Positions 35,721-45,515 are shown, counted from the stretch's first letter. The stretch: 56,420 nucleotides of DNA from an uncultured Anaerolineaceae bacterium (GCA_964387775.1 CAYLZO010000003.1:1-56420), one strand, 5' to 3'. Notes: generated by a model not told the origin, from the sequence alone. Numbers and translations are program-made.

Positions 35721-36779
35721 TTGGTTTTCGGCGTCGTCGCCGTGGTCGCCAGCTTTATGGGCTGGAACCCCGTGATCGTCTTTGTGGCCTCGGGCCTGGC
35801 CATGATCCCCCTGGCCGGGCTGATGGGGGAGGCCACCGAGGCCCTGGCCGTCCACACCGGACCCCGCCTGGGCGGATTGCTCAACGCTACCCTGGGCAAC
35901 GCCGCCGAGTTGATCATCACTATCTTTGCCATCCGCGAGGGCGTGGTCAACCCCAACGTCGCAGACCAGATGCTCGAGTTGGTGCGCGCATCGCTGACCG
36001 GCTCGGTGCTGGGCAACATCCTGCTCGTCTTGGGGCTCAGCATCCTGCTCGGGGGCCTGCGCCACGGCACTCAGAAATTCGAGCGGAGCCACGCCGGACT
36101 CAACGCGACGATGCTCATGCTGGCGGTGGCCGCGCTGGTCATTCCCTCGATTTTCAGCCACAGCATCGAGACGGTGGACCACGACGCGGTAGAGTACCTG
36201 AGCCTGGGCGTGTCCGGGGTGATGATCGGGCTCTACGTGCTGGCTTTGGTCTATCAACTCCGCCAGCGCAACGCCATCCGGGCGCACAAGCCGGCCGCCG
36301 GGCACGACGTCGTCCCCTGGTCGGCGCGCAAGGCCGGGATCGTGCTGCTCCTCGCGACGCTGGCCATCGCCTGGATGAGCGAGATGCTCGTGGGCTCAGT
36401 GGAGCACGTGGTGCTCGAGATCGGCATCACCGAGTTTTTCCTGGGCATCATCATCATCCCCCTCGTGGGCAACGTGGCCGAGCACCTGGTGGGCGTGCAA
36501 GTGGCTCTCAAAAACCAGATGGAGTTGAGCCTCTCCATCTCGGTCGGCTCCAGCTTGCAGATCGCGCTATTCGTCGCGCCGCTCCTCGTCTTTGTCAGCT
36601 TGCTGATGGGCAACCCGCTGACCCTGGTCTTTAACCAGTTCGAGCTGATCGCCATGATAGCCGCGGTGCTCATCGCCGGGCTGGTCTCCCTCGACGGCGA
36701 GTCCAACTGGCTGGAGGGCGCCATGCTCCTGGCCGTGTACGTCATCATCGCCCTGGCCTTCTTCTGGCTGCCGACGTAA
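35721..36779 (+). CDS. Ca2+/H+ antiporter (CaCA family, ChaA/Cax type)
   Basis: Alpha-repeat motifs GEATEALA and GNVAEH. Start is uncertain (TTG 35721 chosen; ATG 35757 removes TM1; ATG 35625 overlaps pgsA by 79 nt). Confidence 0.75.
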   Translation: MVFGVVAVVASFMGWNPVIVFVASGLAMIPLAGLMGEATEALAVHTGPRLGGLLNATLGNAAELIITIFAIREGVVNPNVADQMLELVRASLTGSVLGNILLVLGLSILLGGLRHGTQKFERSHAGLNATMLMLAVAALVIPSIFSHSIETVDHDAVEYLSLGVSGVMIGLYVLALVYQLRQRNAIRAHKPAAGHDVVPWSARKAGIVLLLATLAIAWMSEMLVGSVEHVVLEIGITEFFLGIIIIPLVGNVAEHLVGVQVALKNQMELSLSISVGSSLQIALFVAPLLVFVSLLMGNPLTLVFNQFELIAMIAAVLIAGLVSLDGESNWLEGAMLLAVYVIIALAFFWLPT

Positions 36780-36798
36780 GCGGCGACGGGGTGCCGGA

Positions 36799-39531
36799 AT
36801 GCAACGGATGGCTTCCGGGTTCAGGAGGTACGTCTTTCGGGGTTTGCCCCTGCTCTACGTCCTGCTGCTGGCCTGGCTCCTGATCGGCGCCTTGTGGCGC
36901 GCGCCCGGCCTGCCCAACAGCGCCGACGGTTTCCTGCACCTTCACCGCAGCGCCGCCGTGGCTCGATCCTGGACCGGCGGCGTGCTGTGGCCCCGCTGGT
37001 TCCCCGACGTGTACCAGGGCCTGGGGGCGCCTGTCTTTCACTACTACAGCCCACTCTTTTACCTGCTCGTCGCGCCGCTGCACTTCCTGGGCCTGTCCCT
37101 CGACCTGGCGGCCAAGGTCGTCATCACGGCCTTTTACCTGGTCTCGGGCCTGGCCACCTGGGCCTGGCTGCGGCGGCTCCTGACGCCGGCGGCCGGGCTG
37201 GTGGGGGCCGCGCTCTATCTCTCCCAGCCCCACCTCTTTCGCGAGTTCTACTTCCAGGGCGACTATCCCCAAATCCTGGCCCTGCTCTGGCTGCCCGTGG
37301 TCCTGTGGGCCTTTACCCGGCTCTACCAGGACGGCGGCTGGCGCAACTGGCTGCTCGCCCCGCTGGCCCTGGCGCTGTTGGTCATAACCCACAACATCAC
37401 GGCCATGCTGGGCGCCGGGGCGCTGGCCCTCTACTGGCTGGCCCTGCCCCTCTGGCGACCTCTTGAGGGCCGCTGGTGGCGGGGGCCGGCTGCCGGCCTC
37501 CTCGCCGCCGGGCTCAGCGCCTTTTTCTGGCTGCCGGCCCTGGCCGACGCCGATTGGGTCCGCATCGGCAACCTCCAGACGGGCTTTTTTCACTACAGCC
37601 AGCACTTTGTGCGCTGGCAGGATCTCCTGGCCCCGCCGCCGGTGTTCGATTCGCGGGCGGCCAACCCGCCCTTTCCCTACATGCTGGGCTGGGCGGCCTG
37701 GCTGGCGCTGGCGGCGGGGGGGATCGCCGTGGTCGTCGGTCTGGTGCGGCGCACCGGCTGGACGGCCAGCCGGATCGGGGCGGTGATGGGCGCAACCTTC
37801 GCCGGCCTGTGCCTGGCGCTCACCCAGGCGTGGAGCGCGCCCGTGTGGGAAACGGTGCCGGGCCTGGCCCTGGTCGAGTTTCCGTGGCGTCTGCTGGCCC
37901 TGGCGGCGTTGGGCGTGGCCCTGGCCGGGGGTGCGGCCGTGGCCGCTGTGGGCGAACGCCGCGCCTGGCTGCTCCTGGGCGGATTCCTGCTGATCGTGGG
38001 CTTGAGCAGCAGCGTGTTCCTCGTTCCCCACCAGCCCTTCTTGCCCACCGCCGCCTTGACCGCTGACGATACGCGCCCTTACGAGGCCCGGAGCGGCCAG
38101 TGGGGCACCACCAGCGGGAACGAATTCCTGCCCCACTGGGCCGATCCGCCGCAACGGGAGGCCGGTGCCCGGGCTCAGGCCGAGTTCCTGCCCCTTGGCG
38201 CCGAATGGTCCTGGGAGACGCCTCAGCGGGCCGTGCTCCGGCCGGCCGCCGGTACCACGCTGGCCGCCGGCCCACTGATTCTGCCCATCCACTACTTCCC
38301 GGCCTGGCAGGCCACCGCCGACGGGGAGGCCTTGCCGCTGAATCCGGGCGACGGCGGCTTGGCCGCTCTGGAACTGCCCCACGCCGCCCAGCAGGTTGTC
38401 CTTCACTGGCAGGGCACTGCCTGGCAGGGGTGGGCAGAGAGTGTGACTCTGTTGGCGCTACTGGCCTGGGCTGGCTGGCTAGGCTGGCTGGGCTGGCGTG
38501 GCCGGCGGCAGACGTCGCCCCAGCCGGCGACGTTCCCGGCACTCGGGTATCGGTGGTGGGCGCCGTTGGGCCTCCTGCTCGTCTTGATCCTGGGCCGCGA
38601 GGCGATCCAGATCTTTGAGCCGGGCTGGCTCCGGCGCAGCTCGCCGCCGGGCGCGGTGAGCCACGTCCAGCACCCGCTGCACGTAGAACTGGGTGGTGGC
38701 GAGCAGCCGGGGGTTGCGCTGCTCGGTTGGGATCTCTTGTCGGGGGCGCCCCGGCCCGGCGCCCAGGTGCGGCTGCGGCTCTACTGGCAGCGGGAGACCC
38801 GAATACGACAAGACCTGCACAGTTTCGTCCACCTCTACCAGCCGGCGCTGCAACGCACCTGGGCCGTGGCCCAGAATGCCAATCCGGGGGGCATTCCCAC
38901 CAGCAAGTGGATCCGGGCGCTCTACTACGTGGACGAGCTGACGCTGGACCTGCCCCTCGACCTGCCGCCCGCGACCTTTACCCTGGCGGCCGGCATGGTC
39001 GACGAAGCTGGAGAACGCCTGGCTGTCCAGGACGACCCGGAAGATGGGTTGATCTTTCTGGAAGAGATCCGGGTGGAGCCCCTGACGGCCGGCTGGCTTC
39101 AGCCCCTGCGCGCCGAGACGGCGACCCCCGCCCGGTTCGACGGGCGTTTGCGGTTGCAGGGCTACGATCTCTTGCCCGATCCGGATGGCCCCATCCTGCG
39201 GCTCTACTGGGAGGTCCTGGAGACGCCGCCGGAGGACCTGGTGACCTTTGTCCACCTGCTGGACGGTCAAGGCCGGCGGGTGGCCCAGTGCGACGGCCCG
39301 CCGCTGGAAGGGCTGTTGCCCACCAGCCGGTGGGCGGCCGGCTCTCTGCTGATCGACCGGCGCCAGCTCCCGCTGCCCGATGGACTGGCGGGGGGCGCAT
39401 ATCGCCTGCTGGTGGGGCTCTACGATCCCGCCACGGTGCGACGGTTGCCCGTCGAGCCGGAGGCAGGGGCGGCAGAGTATTTCAGCGCGGATGATGCTTT
39501 GGTGATCTCCTTCGAGATCCCGCCCAAATGA
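36799..39531 (+). CDS. Large polytopic membrane protein, GT-C-fold glycosyltransferase-like, with extracytoplasmic C-domain
   Basis: N-terminal ADGFLHLHRSAAVARSW...WFPDVYQGLGAPVFHYYSPLFY followed by about 12 TM helices, then a soluble ~350-aa C-terminal half. Confidence 0.45.
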   Translation: MQRMASGFRRYVFRGLPLLYVLLLAWLLIGALWRAPGLPNSADGFLHLHRSAAVARSWTGGVLWPRWFPDVYQGLGAPVFHYYSPLFYLLVAPLHFLGLSLDLAAKVVITAFYLVSGLATWAWLRRLLTPAAGLVGAALYLSQPHLFREFYFQGDYPQILALLWLPVVLWAFTRLYQDGGWRNWLLAPLALALLVITHNITAMLGAGALALYWLALPLWRPLEGRWWRGPAAGLLAAGLSAFFWLPALADADWVRIGNLQTGFFHYSQHFVRWQDLLAPPPVFDSRAANPPFPYMLGWAAWLALAAGGIAVVVGLVRRTGWTASRIGAVMGATFAGLCLALTQAWSAPVWETVPGLALVEFPWRLLALAALGVALAGGAAVAAVGERRAWLLLGGFLLIVGLSSSVFLVPHQPFLPTAALTADDTRPYEARSGQWGTTSGNEFLPHWADPPQREAGARAQAEFLPLGAEWSWETPQRAVLRPAAGTTLAAGPLILPIHYFPAWQATADGEALPLNPGDGGLAALELPHAAQQVVLHWQGTAWQGWAESVTLLALLAWAGWLGWLGWRGRRQTSPQPATFPALGYRWWAPLGLLLVLILGREAIQIFEPGWLRRSSPPGAVSHVQHPLHVELGGGEQPGVALLGWDLLSGAPRPGAQVRLRLYWQRETRIRQDLHSFVHLYQPALQRTWAVAQNANPGGIPTSKWIRALYYVDELTLDLPLDLPPATFTLAAGMVDEAGERLAVQDDPEDGLIFLEEIRVEPLTAGWLQPLRAETATPARFDGRLRLQGYDLLPDPDGPILRLYWEVLETPPEDLVTFVHLLDGQGRRVAQCDGPPLEGLLPTSRWAAGSLLIDRRQLPLPDGLAGGAYRLLVGLYDPATVRRLPVEPEAGAAEYFSADDALVISFEIPPK

Positions 39532-39536
39532 GGAAA

Positions 39537-39566
39537 AAACGGGGGCGGATGATTCCGTCCCCGTTT
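39537..39566. terminator. Bidirectional terminator hairpin
   Basis: aaacgggggcgg atgatt ccgtccccgttt between convergent genes. Confidence 0.7.
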
Positions 39567-39573
39567 GTCGTTT

Positions 39574-40920
39574 CTAGGGATACATCCGCCCCAGCAGCCG
39601 GGGGAAGGGGATCGTCTCGCGGATGTGGTCCAGGCCGCAGATCCACATGACGGTCCGCTCGATGCCCAGGCCAAAGCCGCTGTGGGGCACCGACCCGTAG
39701 CGCCGCAGGTCCAGGTACCACTCGTAGGCTTCGCGGGGCAGGTCGTGGCACTCGATCTGCTTTTCCAGATACGCCAGGTCGCCGGAGCGCTCCCCGCCGC
39801 CGATGATCTCACCATAGCCCTCGGGGGCCAGCAGGTCGGCCGAGCGGCAGGTCTCGGGCCGGTCGGGCTCCTGGGCCATGTAGAAGGCCTTGACCTGGGT
39901 GGGATAGTGGTGCACGAACACCGGCTTGTCGAATTGCTCGGCGACGTAGGTCTCGTGGGGCGCGCCAAAGTCGTCGCCCCATTCGATAGCGGGCACCGGC
40001 TCGTTGTCGGGCGGGACGGGCTCGCCGGTTTCGGCCCCCTGGTTGATCATCTCCACGGCCTCGTCGTAGGTGATGCGAGGGAAGGGCGGCTCGATCTTTT
40101 CCAGGCGGCTCAGGTCCCGGCCCAGCAGTTTCAGCTCCTCGCGCCGCTCGCGCAGCGCCGTCTGGACGAGGTAGCTGACGAATTGTTCCTGGATCTCCAG
40201 GTTCTGCCACAGGTCCACGTAGGCCGCCTCCGGTTCAACCATCCAGAACTCTTGGATGTGCCGCCGGGTTTTGCTCTTTTCGGCGCGGAAAGTGGGGCCG
40301 AAGCAATAGACGCGGCCAAAGGCCATGATGTTGGCCTCGTTGTAGAGCTGGCCGCTCTGGCTGAGGTAGGCCGGCGTGCCGTGGTAGTCGGTCTCAAAGA
40401 GGGTCGTCGTCCCCTCACAGGCGGCCGGCGTCAGGATCGGCGTGTCCATCAGGAGAAATCCGTGGCCGTCCAGCCAGTCGCGGATGGCCTTGATGACCGT
40501 GGCCCGCACGCGCAAAGTGGCCCACTGCCGCGAGGAGCGCAGCCACAGGTGGCGGTTCTGCATGAGAAAATCGACGCCGTGCTCTTTGGGCGTGATGGGG
40601 TACTCGTCGGTGACGAGCTGGACAATCTCCAGGTCGCTGACGCCCAGCTCAAAGCCGCCGGGCACGCCGGGCGCCCGATCGTCGGCGCGGATGCTGCCGG
40701 TGACGATCAGCGAGGACTCCTGGCTCAGGTCCCGTGCCGCCTCAAAGACCTCGGGCGTGACCTCTTTTTTGAACACGACGCACTGGACGATGCCCGTGCC
40801 GTCGCGCACCTGCAAAAACTGGAGCCGCCCTTTGCCCGTTTTGGCGTAGAGCCAGCCCTTGATGGTCACCGTCTCGCCGACGTGCTCGGCAATGTTCCCG
40901 ATGTAGATCTGCTCGGCCAT
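39574..40920 (-). CDS. asnS: Asparagine--tRNA ligase
   Basis: [21 protein letters not shown] (motif 2, AsnRS type), GYGEIIGG and [10 protein letters not shown]. Collinear with what I recall of Thermus-type AsnRS. Confidence 0.85.
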   Translation of the reverse strand: MAEQIYIGNIAEHVGETVTIKGWLYAKTGKGRLQFLQVRDGTGIVQCVVFKKEVTPEVFEAARDLSQESSLIVTGSIRADDRAPGVPGGFELGVSDLEIVQLVTDEYPITPKEHGVDFLMQNRHLWLRSSRQWATLRVRATVIKAIRDWLDGHGFLLMDTPILTPAACEGTTTLFETDYHGTPAYLSQSGQLYNEANIMAFGRVYCFGPTFRAEKSKTRRHIQEFWMVEPEAAYVDLWQNLEIQEQFVSYLVQTALRERREELKLLGRDLSRLEKIEPPFPRITYDEAVEMINQGAETGEPVPPDNEPVPAIEWGDDFGAPHETYVAEQFDKPVFVHHYPTQVKAFYMAQEPDRPETCRSADLLAPEGYGEIIGGGERSGDLAYLEKQIECHDLPREAYEWYLDLRRYGSVPHSGFGLGIERTVMWICGLDHIRETIPFPRLLGRMYP

Positions 40921-40966
40921 TTCCTCTCCTCGTGCTGGCTGTTATCCTTGGTTCAGTTCTTAGTGC

Positions 40967-41755
40967 CTATCCTCTGAGCGCTTCTTCTTCGGGCTCGATT
41001 ACTTCAAAGCCAGCTTCCCGCAGGACCATCGCCCGCCGGCTGTGAATGGACGCAGTCGCCAAGACAAAGCGCACGGGCTCTACACCCACGGCCTGTGTAT
41101 AAAGTTCTCGCTTGCGTTCCAGGCGCTCCTGGATTGTGGAGCCCACGCTGGCAGCGATCTCGACCAGGATGTGTTGGCCGTCAAAGATGATGCAATCGAA
41201 TTGCTCGCCCTCGATCCAGCGCTCTTTTAACTGTGAGCCAAAGGATTCTTCGAGCAATTCCTTGATCGTCTGCCGAAACAGGCTCTCGTTGCGAATGCCC
41301 CAGCGGCTTCCCAGGCGGTCAATGGCCCGGTGGAGTTCCTGGAAACCAGCTTCCATTCGTGCTTCAAGGTGCTCGAAGCGTTGGTCCACCTGCTCGAAGC
41401 GTTGGTCCACCTGCTCGAAACGTTGGTCCACCTGCTCGAAACGGCCATCTACTTGCTCGAAACGTTGGTCCACCTGCTCGAAACGGCCATCTACTTGCTC
41501 GAACCGCTGGTCCACCTGCTCGAAGCGTCGATCTACTTGCTCCAAGTGCTCGTCCACCCGCTCAAAACCCGAGCGAGTTTCCGCCCGCAAGGCGTGGATC
41601 TCGTCAAAAATGGCAGCGACCTCTTCCTTCGTGACAAACGTCGTCATGAAAGCGCGATAAATGCGTGGTTCCAGGTCGGGTCGCTGCTCAAGCAGTTCCG
41701 TCAATTGTCGCTCGAACAGGTCAATCAGTTCTTCGTCCGTCAGCTTGGTAGCCAT
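40967..41755 (-). CDS. DUF3782-like coiled-coil protein with C-terminal PD-(D/E)XK-like domain
   Basis: ATG 41755 after GGAG. Central (R)FEQVD(Q/G)R heptad array. C-terminal E...DCIIFDGQHILVEIAAS resembles a restriction-endonuclease-like fold. Confidence 0.5.
   Translation of the reverse strand: MATKLTDEELIDLFERQLTELLEQRPDLEPRIYRAFMTTFVTKEEVAAIFDEIHALRAETRSGFERVDEHLEQVDRRFEQVDQRFEQVDGRFEQVDQRFEQVDGRFEQVDQRFEQVDQRFEQVDQRFEHLEARMEAGFQELHRAIDRLGSRWGIRNESLFRQTIKELLEESFGSQLKERWIEGEQFDCIIFDGQHILVEIAASVGSTIQERLERKRELYTQAVGVEPVRFVLATASIHSRRAMVLREAGFEVIEPEEEALRG
41369..41557 (-). repeat. 9 x 21-bp in-frame tandem repeat
   Basis: Units ctgctcgaa[ag]cg[tg]tggtccac / ...acggccatctac, with degenerate copies at both ends. 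Confidence 0.9.
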
Positions 41756-41788
41756 AGCTCGCACTCCAATTTCCATCTCGCTGCCAAC

Positions 41789-41817
41789 ATTATACACTGA
41801 GCCAGGCTAGAAATCAA
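41789..41817 (-). promoter_or_regulatory. Promoter (TTGATT-17-TATAAT) of the DUF3782-like gene
   Basis: Read on the minus strand. About 27-nt leader. Confidence 0.55.
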
Positions 41818-41847
41818 ATAGCGACTGCCCTGCAAAAAGGCAAGAAG

Positions 41848-41894
41848 GTACTGTGTGTTGTGTGTGCGGGAAGCGCACACACAACACACAGTAC
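41848..41894 (-). terminator. 21-bp perfect GT/CA-rich hairpin with GGAAG loop
   Basis: gtactgtgtgttgtgtgtgcg ggaag cgcacacacaacacacagtac. A second hairpin ccactga/tcagtgg lies at 41896-41916. Confidence 0.65.
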
Positions 41895-41966
41895 TCCACT
41901 GACCTTTTTTCAGTGGATTCAATAGCTCTTTGAGCCGTAGAGCTCACTGGTCCGCCCCGGCAGCCA

Positions 41967-43487
41967 TCACCGGCTCCACGAGATCACGCGCTCGCTGGCA
42001 AACTCGTAGCGGATGCCCAGGGGGTCCAGGTTCGCGCCGAACATGGGCCGCTGGCCCGTGCCGTCGGCGTTCATGACGTAAAGGCGCCACGGGCCGTCGC
42101 GGTTCGAGAGGAAGGCGATCCGGGCGCCGTCGGGCGACCAGGCCGGGGCGACGTTGCTGGGCGGCGCCTCCAGGTCCGGGTCGCTCCAGGTCAGCCGCCG
42201 GCGTCCCGAGCCATCGGCGTTCATGACGAAAATCTCCCAGCGATTGTGCACGCGGCCCATGTAGGCGATCCGCTGCCCATCGGGCGAAAAGGTGGGCGAA
42301 TTGTCCCAAGCGCTGCCACCGGCGAAGCGGCCCGTCTCTATCTCGTCCTGGGGTCCCCAGAGGTCCGTCTTAGGAAAATCAATCCAGGCCAGCCCCCGGC
42401 CGCCGGCGTAGACGATGCGCTCGCCGCCGGGGCTCCACGTGGGCGCGTGGACGGCCTGGTCGTCGAGGGGCAGGTTGAGCAGCCGGCCGGTGTCCAGGTC
42501 GGCGACCCAGATCTGGCCGAAGGAAAAGGGCGGGATGGTGAAGCAGAAGCCAAAGAAGCAGAGCTCCATCGGCTCGCCGGAGCTGTAGTTGATGGTGAGG
42601 GCGACCTGCCGCCCACCCGGCGCCCAGGCCGGCTCCTTCAGGCGAATGCCATCCACCAGGCGTTCTTCGCCGCTGCCGTCCGGGGCGATGACGTACAGGC
42701 CCCAGGGATGGCGCCAGCGGGTAAAGGCGATCGCGCTCCGATCCGGCGCCCAAGCGGGGTCGAGGCCGTCGGTCAGCCGCCGCAGCCCCGAGCCATCGGC
42801 GTTGATGAGATAGATGTTGCCCCCACTGCTGGCCTGGAAGACGAGTCGGCCGTCGAGTGGGGCGCGCTGTTGCTGCCGGCTGGCGCTGGCGGGCCTGGGC
42901 GTCGGCGTGGGCGCCAGTGTCTGGACGCTGGATAGGGAGATGCGATCGATCAGCCACAGGCCCCGCTCGGGGGTGAGGACCAGTGTCATCGTCTGCGTAG
43001 CGGGCGCGTCCTCGCCGATCCCGGCCCAGCGGAGCAGCGTCCGCGCCTCGTAGCTGGTGGCCGTTGCGTGGCGGAATTCCAGCAGGGTGGCATCGACCAG
43101 GGCGGGAGCGGCGGCGACAAAGTCGGAAAGGAGCTGGCCGGCCTCGCCCTGCTGGGCTTCGTCGGTCAGGTAGAGGCGAAAGGCACTTTCCACCTCGCCC
43201 CGGGCCAGGCGGTTCAGGAAATCCCACGCCGTGCGTTCGGCCAGGAGGTCGTCCACTTTGGAAAGGGGCTCAGGATCGGGGTCCACCACCGGGGCCGGCG
43301 TGGCCGTGGGCGGCTGCTCGACAGGCAGAGCCGTCGCAGTCGCCGGCGGCTGGGTAGCTCGGGGCCGGGGCGTCGCCGTCGCCGCCAGCGGGATCGCTGT
43401 GGCCGTCGGCTCCAGTGAGGTCGGCCCGCACGCGGCCAGGGACAGGACCAGTCCGAAAAGGATGAGCAGGACAAGACGTATTCGCAT
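41967..43487 (-). CDS. Lipoprotein with PT-rich linker and PD40/TolB-like beta-propeller
   Basis: MRIRLVLLILFGLVLSLAAC lipobox. Repeated WAPDRSAIAF, WSPGGERIVY, FSPDGQRIAY and WSPDGARIAF. Confidence 0.7.
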   Translation of the reverse strand: MRIRLVLLILFGLVLSLAACGPTSLEPTATAIPLAATATPRPRATQPPATATALPVEQPPTATPAPVVDPDPEPLSKVDDLLAERTAWDFLNRLARGEVESAFRLYLTDEAQQGEAGQLLSDFVAAAPALVDATLLEFRHATATSYEARTLLRWAGIGEDAPATQTMTLVLTPERGLWLIDRISLSSVQTLAPTPTPRPASASRQQQRAPLDGRLVFQASSGGNIYLINADGSGLRRLTDGLDPAWAPDRSAIAFTRWRHPWGLYVIAPDGSGEERLVDGIRLKEPAWAPGGRQVALTINYSSGEPMELCFFGFCFTIPPFSFGQIWVADLDTGRLLNLPLDDQAVHAPTWSPGGERIVYAGGRGLAWIDFPKTDLWGPQDEIETGRFAGGSAWDNSPTFSPDGQRIAYMGRVHNRWEIFVMNADGSGRRRLTWSDPDLEAPPSNVAPAWSPDGARIAFLSNRDGPWRLYVMNADGTGQRPMFGANLDPLGIRYEFASERVISWSR

Positions 43488-43503
43488 GGGACCTTCCAAG
43501 GGG

Positions 43504-44739
43504 CTATTCATAGCGCAGCGCGTCGATGGGGTTGAGCCTCGCGGCGCGGAAGGCGGGATAGATGCCAAAGAGCAGCCCCACGGCGGCCGAGACGCCTGTG
43601 GAGAGCAAAATCACGTCGGGCGTGACGACCGTCGTGAGCTGCTCGGCCAGGCCGGCCACCACCTGCGAGCCCGTGATGCCCAGGGCGATGCCGATGCCGC
43701 CGCCGATGAGCGAAAGCACCACCGCCTCCACCAGGAACTGGACGAGGATGTCGCGCCGCTTGGCGCCGACGGCCTTGCGGATGCCGATCTCGCGGGTCCG
43801 CTCGGTGACCGACACGAGCATGATGTTCATGATGCCGATGCCGCCCACGACCAGCGAGATGGCGGCGATGGCCCCCAGAAAGAGGGTCAGCACGCCGGTG
43901 ATGTCGCCAAAGATCGAGATGATGTCCGTCTGCTTGATGATGGAAAAATCGTCGTCGTCGCGGAAGGCGATGTCGTGGCGCTGGCGCAATAGCTCGGTGA
44001 TCTGCTCCGAGGCCCGGTCCATGAGCGCTTCGTCGGCGACCTGGACATAGATGGTGGACAGGAGGGGTTCGCCCTGGCGGCTGCGCCAGTTGGGAAAGAG
44101 CCGGGCGTGGGCCGTGGTCAGCGGCACGTAAATGGTATTGTCCACGCCGCCGAACGACGAGCCCCCCGACTCTTCCAGGACGCCGATGACGCGAAAGGGA
44201 ACGCGGTTGATCTTGATTGTCTGCCCGATGGCATAGACGCCTTCCTCAAAGAGGTTCTCGTAGGCCTTGCTGCCCAGGACGGCCACCCGCGAGCGGGCGC
44301 TGACGTCGGCGTCGGAGACAAAGCTCCCAAAGGCGATTTCTTTTTTCCGAAGGATGGAGAATTCGGGTGTGACGCCCGAGATGTCGGTGCGGATGTCGCG
44401 CCGGCCGTTGACCACGTCGGCCCGGCCGGCCACCTCGGGGGCGACGCCCACCGCGTCGGGCACCCGAAAGGGGTCGGCGATGGCCCGGTAGTCGCTCATG
44501 GTCATCTCGGGGCGGCGGGTGCTCGACGTGCCTTCCAGCGAGCCGGGAAAGACAAAAAGCAGGTTGGAGCCGATCTCCTGGAACGACTCCTGGACCAGTT
44601 GCTCCACGCCCTTGCCCACCGACATGAGGGTGATGACCGCCCCCACGCCGATGATGATGCCCAGCATGGTCAGGATAGCGCGCAGTTTGTTCGACAGCAG
44701 CGCCCGTAGTGCAATTCGGATGCTCTCAGCAAAAGTCAT
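43504..44739 (-). CDS. MacB/FtsX-type ABC transporter permease
   Basis: N-terminal MacB_PCD layout and C-terminal FtsX motif (RTREIGIRKAVGA). Confidence 0.85.
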   Translation of the reverse strand: MTFAESIRIALRALLSNKLRAILTMLGIIIGVGAVITLMSVGKGVEQLVQESFQEIGSNLLFVFPGSLEGTSSTRRPEMTMSDYRAIADPFRVPDAVGVAPEVAGRADVVNGRRDIRTDISGVTPEFSILRKKEIAFGSFVSDADVSARSRVAVLGSKAYENLFEEGVYAIGQTIKINRVPFRVIGVLEESGGSSFGGVDNTIYVPLTTAHARLFPNWRSRQGEPLLSTIYVQVADEALMDRASEQITELLRQRHDIAFRDDDDFSIIKQTDIISIFGDITGVLTLFLGAIAAISLVVGGIGIMNIMLVSVTERTREIGIRKAVGAKRRDILVQFLVEAVVLSLIGGGIGIALGITGSQVVAGLAEQLTTVVTPDVILLSTGVSAAVGLLFGIYPAFRAARLNPIDALRYE

Positions 44740-44755
44740 CTGATTTCCAATGGAT

Positions 44756-44790
44756 AGTGGGTAGCTTACAGCAACTACAAGCTACCCACT
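44756..44790. repeat. Intercistronic 12-bp perfect hairpin
   Basis: agtgggtagctt acagcaactac aagctacccact between the ATPase and permease genes. The flank shows 7-nt phasing (ctacaag ctaccca ctacgat ctacaat). Confidence 0.75.
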
Positions 44791-44795
44791 ACGAT

Positions 44796-45509
44796 CTACA
44801 ATCTTTTGTCGTCCTCAATCAGTCCATCCCGAAGATAAACGATCCGCCGCGTCTGCTCGGCGATCTCGGGATCGTGGGTCACAAAAACAACGGTGATGTC
44901 CCGCTCCTCGTTCAGCCGGTAAAAGATGTCCATGATCTCTTCGCCCGACGTCGTGTCCAGGTTGCCCGTCGGCTCGTCGGCCAGGATGATGGACGGCTCG
45001 CTGACCAGGGCGCGGGCGATGGCCACCCGCTGCTGCTGGCCGCCCGACAGTTCGTTGGGCCGGTGGCCCATGCGGTCGCCCAGTCCCACTGCTTCGAGAG
45101 CCGCCTTGGAGCGCTCGCGCCGCTCTCGGGCGCCAACCCCGGCGTAGATGAGCGGCAGCGTCACGTTTTGGAAAGCCGTCGTCCGGGATAGGAGGTTAAA
45201 GGTTTGGAAGACGAACCCGATCATGCGGTTGCGGATCTCGGCCAAGGCGTTGTCGTCGAGCTTTCCCACGTCCGTGCCGTCGAGCCAGTAGCGGCCCGAG
45301 GTCGGCTGGTCGAGGCAGCCGACGACGTTCATCAGCGTCGACTTGCCCGAGCCCGACGGCCCCATGATGGACAGGAACTCGCCTTCCGAGACCTGGAGGG
45401 ACACGCCGCGCAGGGCGTGCACCTCGACGTCGCCCATCTGGTAGACTTTGGTGATGTCCTCGATGCGGATCAACCCGTTCTTGGTCATTGGTCCTTTGCC
45501 ACTGGTCAT
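44796..45509 (-). CDS. MacB/LolD-type ABC transporter ATP-binding protein
   Basis: [24 protein letters not shown] and ILADEPT. Confidence 0.9.
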   Translation of the reverse strand: MTSGKGPMTKNGLIRIEDITKVYQMGDVEVHALRGVSLQVSEGEFLSIMGPSGSGKSTLMNVVGCLDQPTSGRYWLDGTDVGKLDDNALAEIRNRMIGFVFQTFNLLSRTTAFQNVTLPLIYAGVGARERRERSKAALEAVGLGDRMGHRPNELSGGQQQRVAIARALVSEPSIILADEPTGNLDTTSGEEIMDIFYRLNEERDITVVFVTHDPEIAEQTRRIVYLRDGLIEDDKRL

Positions 45510-45515
45510 GGATCG

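Noticed and set aside
41369-41557. A regular 21-bp repeat array, and the heptamer arrays elsewhere, as CRISPR arrays.
   Set aside because: There are no unique spacers between units. The 21-bp array is in frame inside a CDS, and the heptamer arrays are contiguous 7-nt units arranged as inverted arms.
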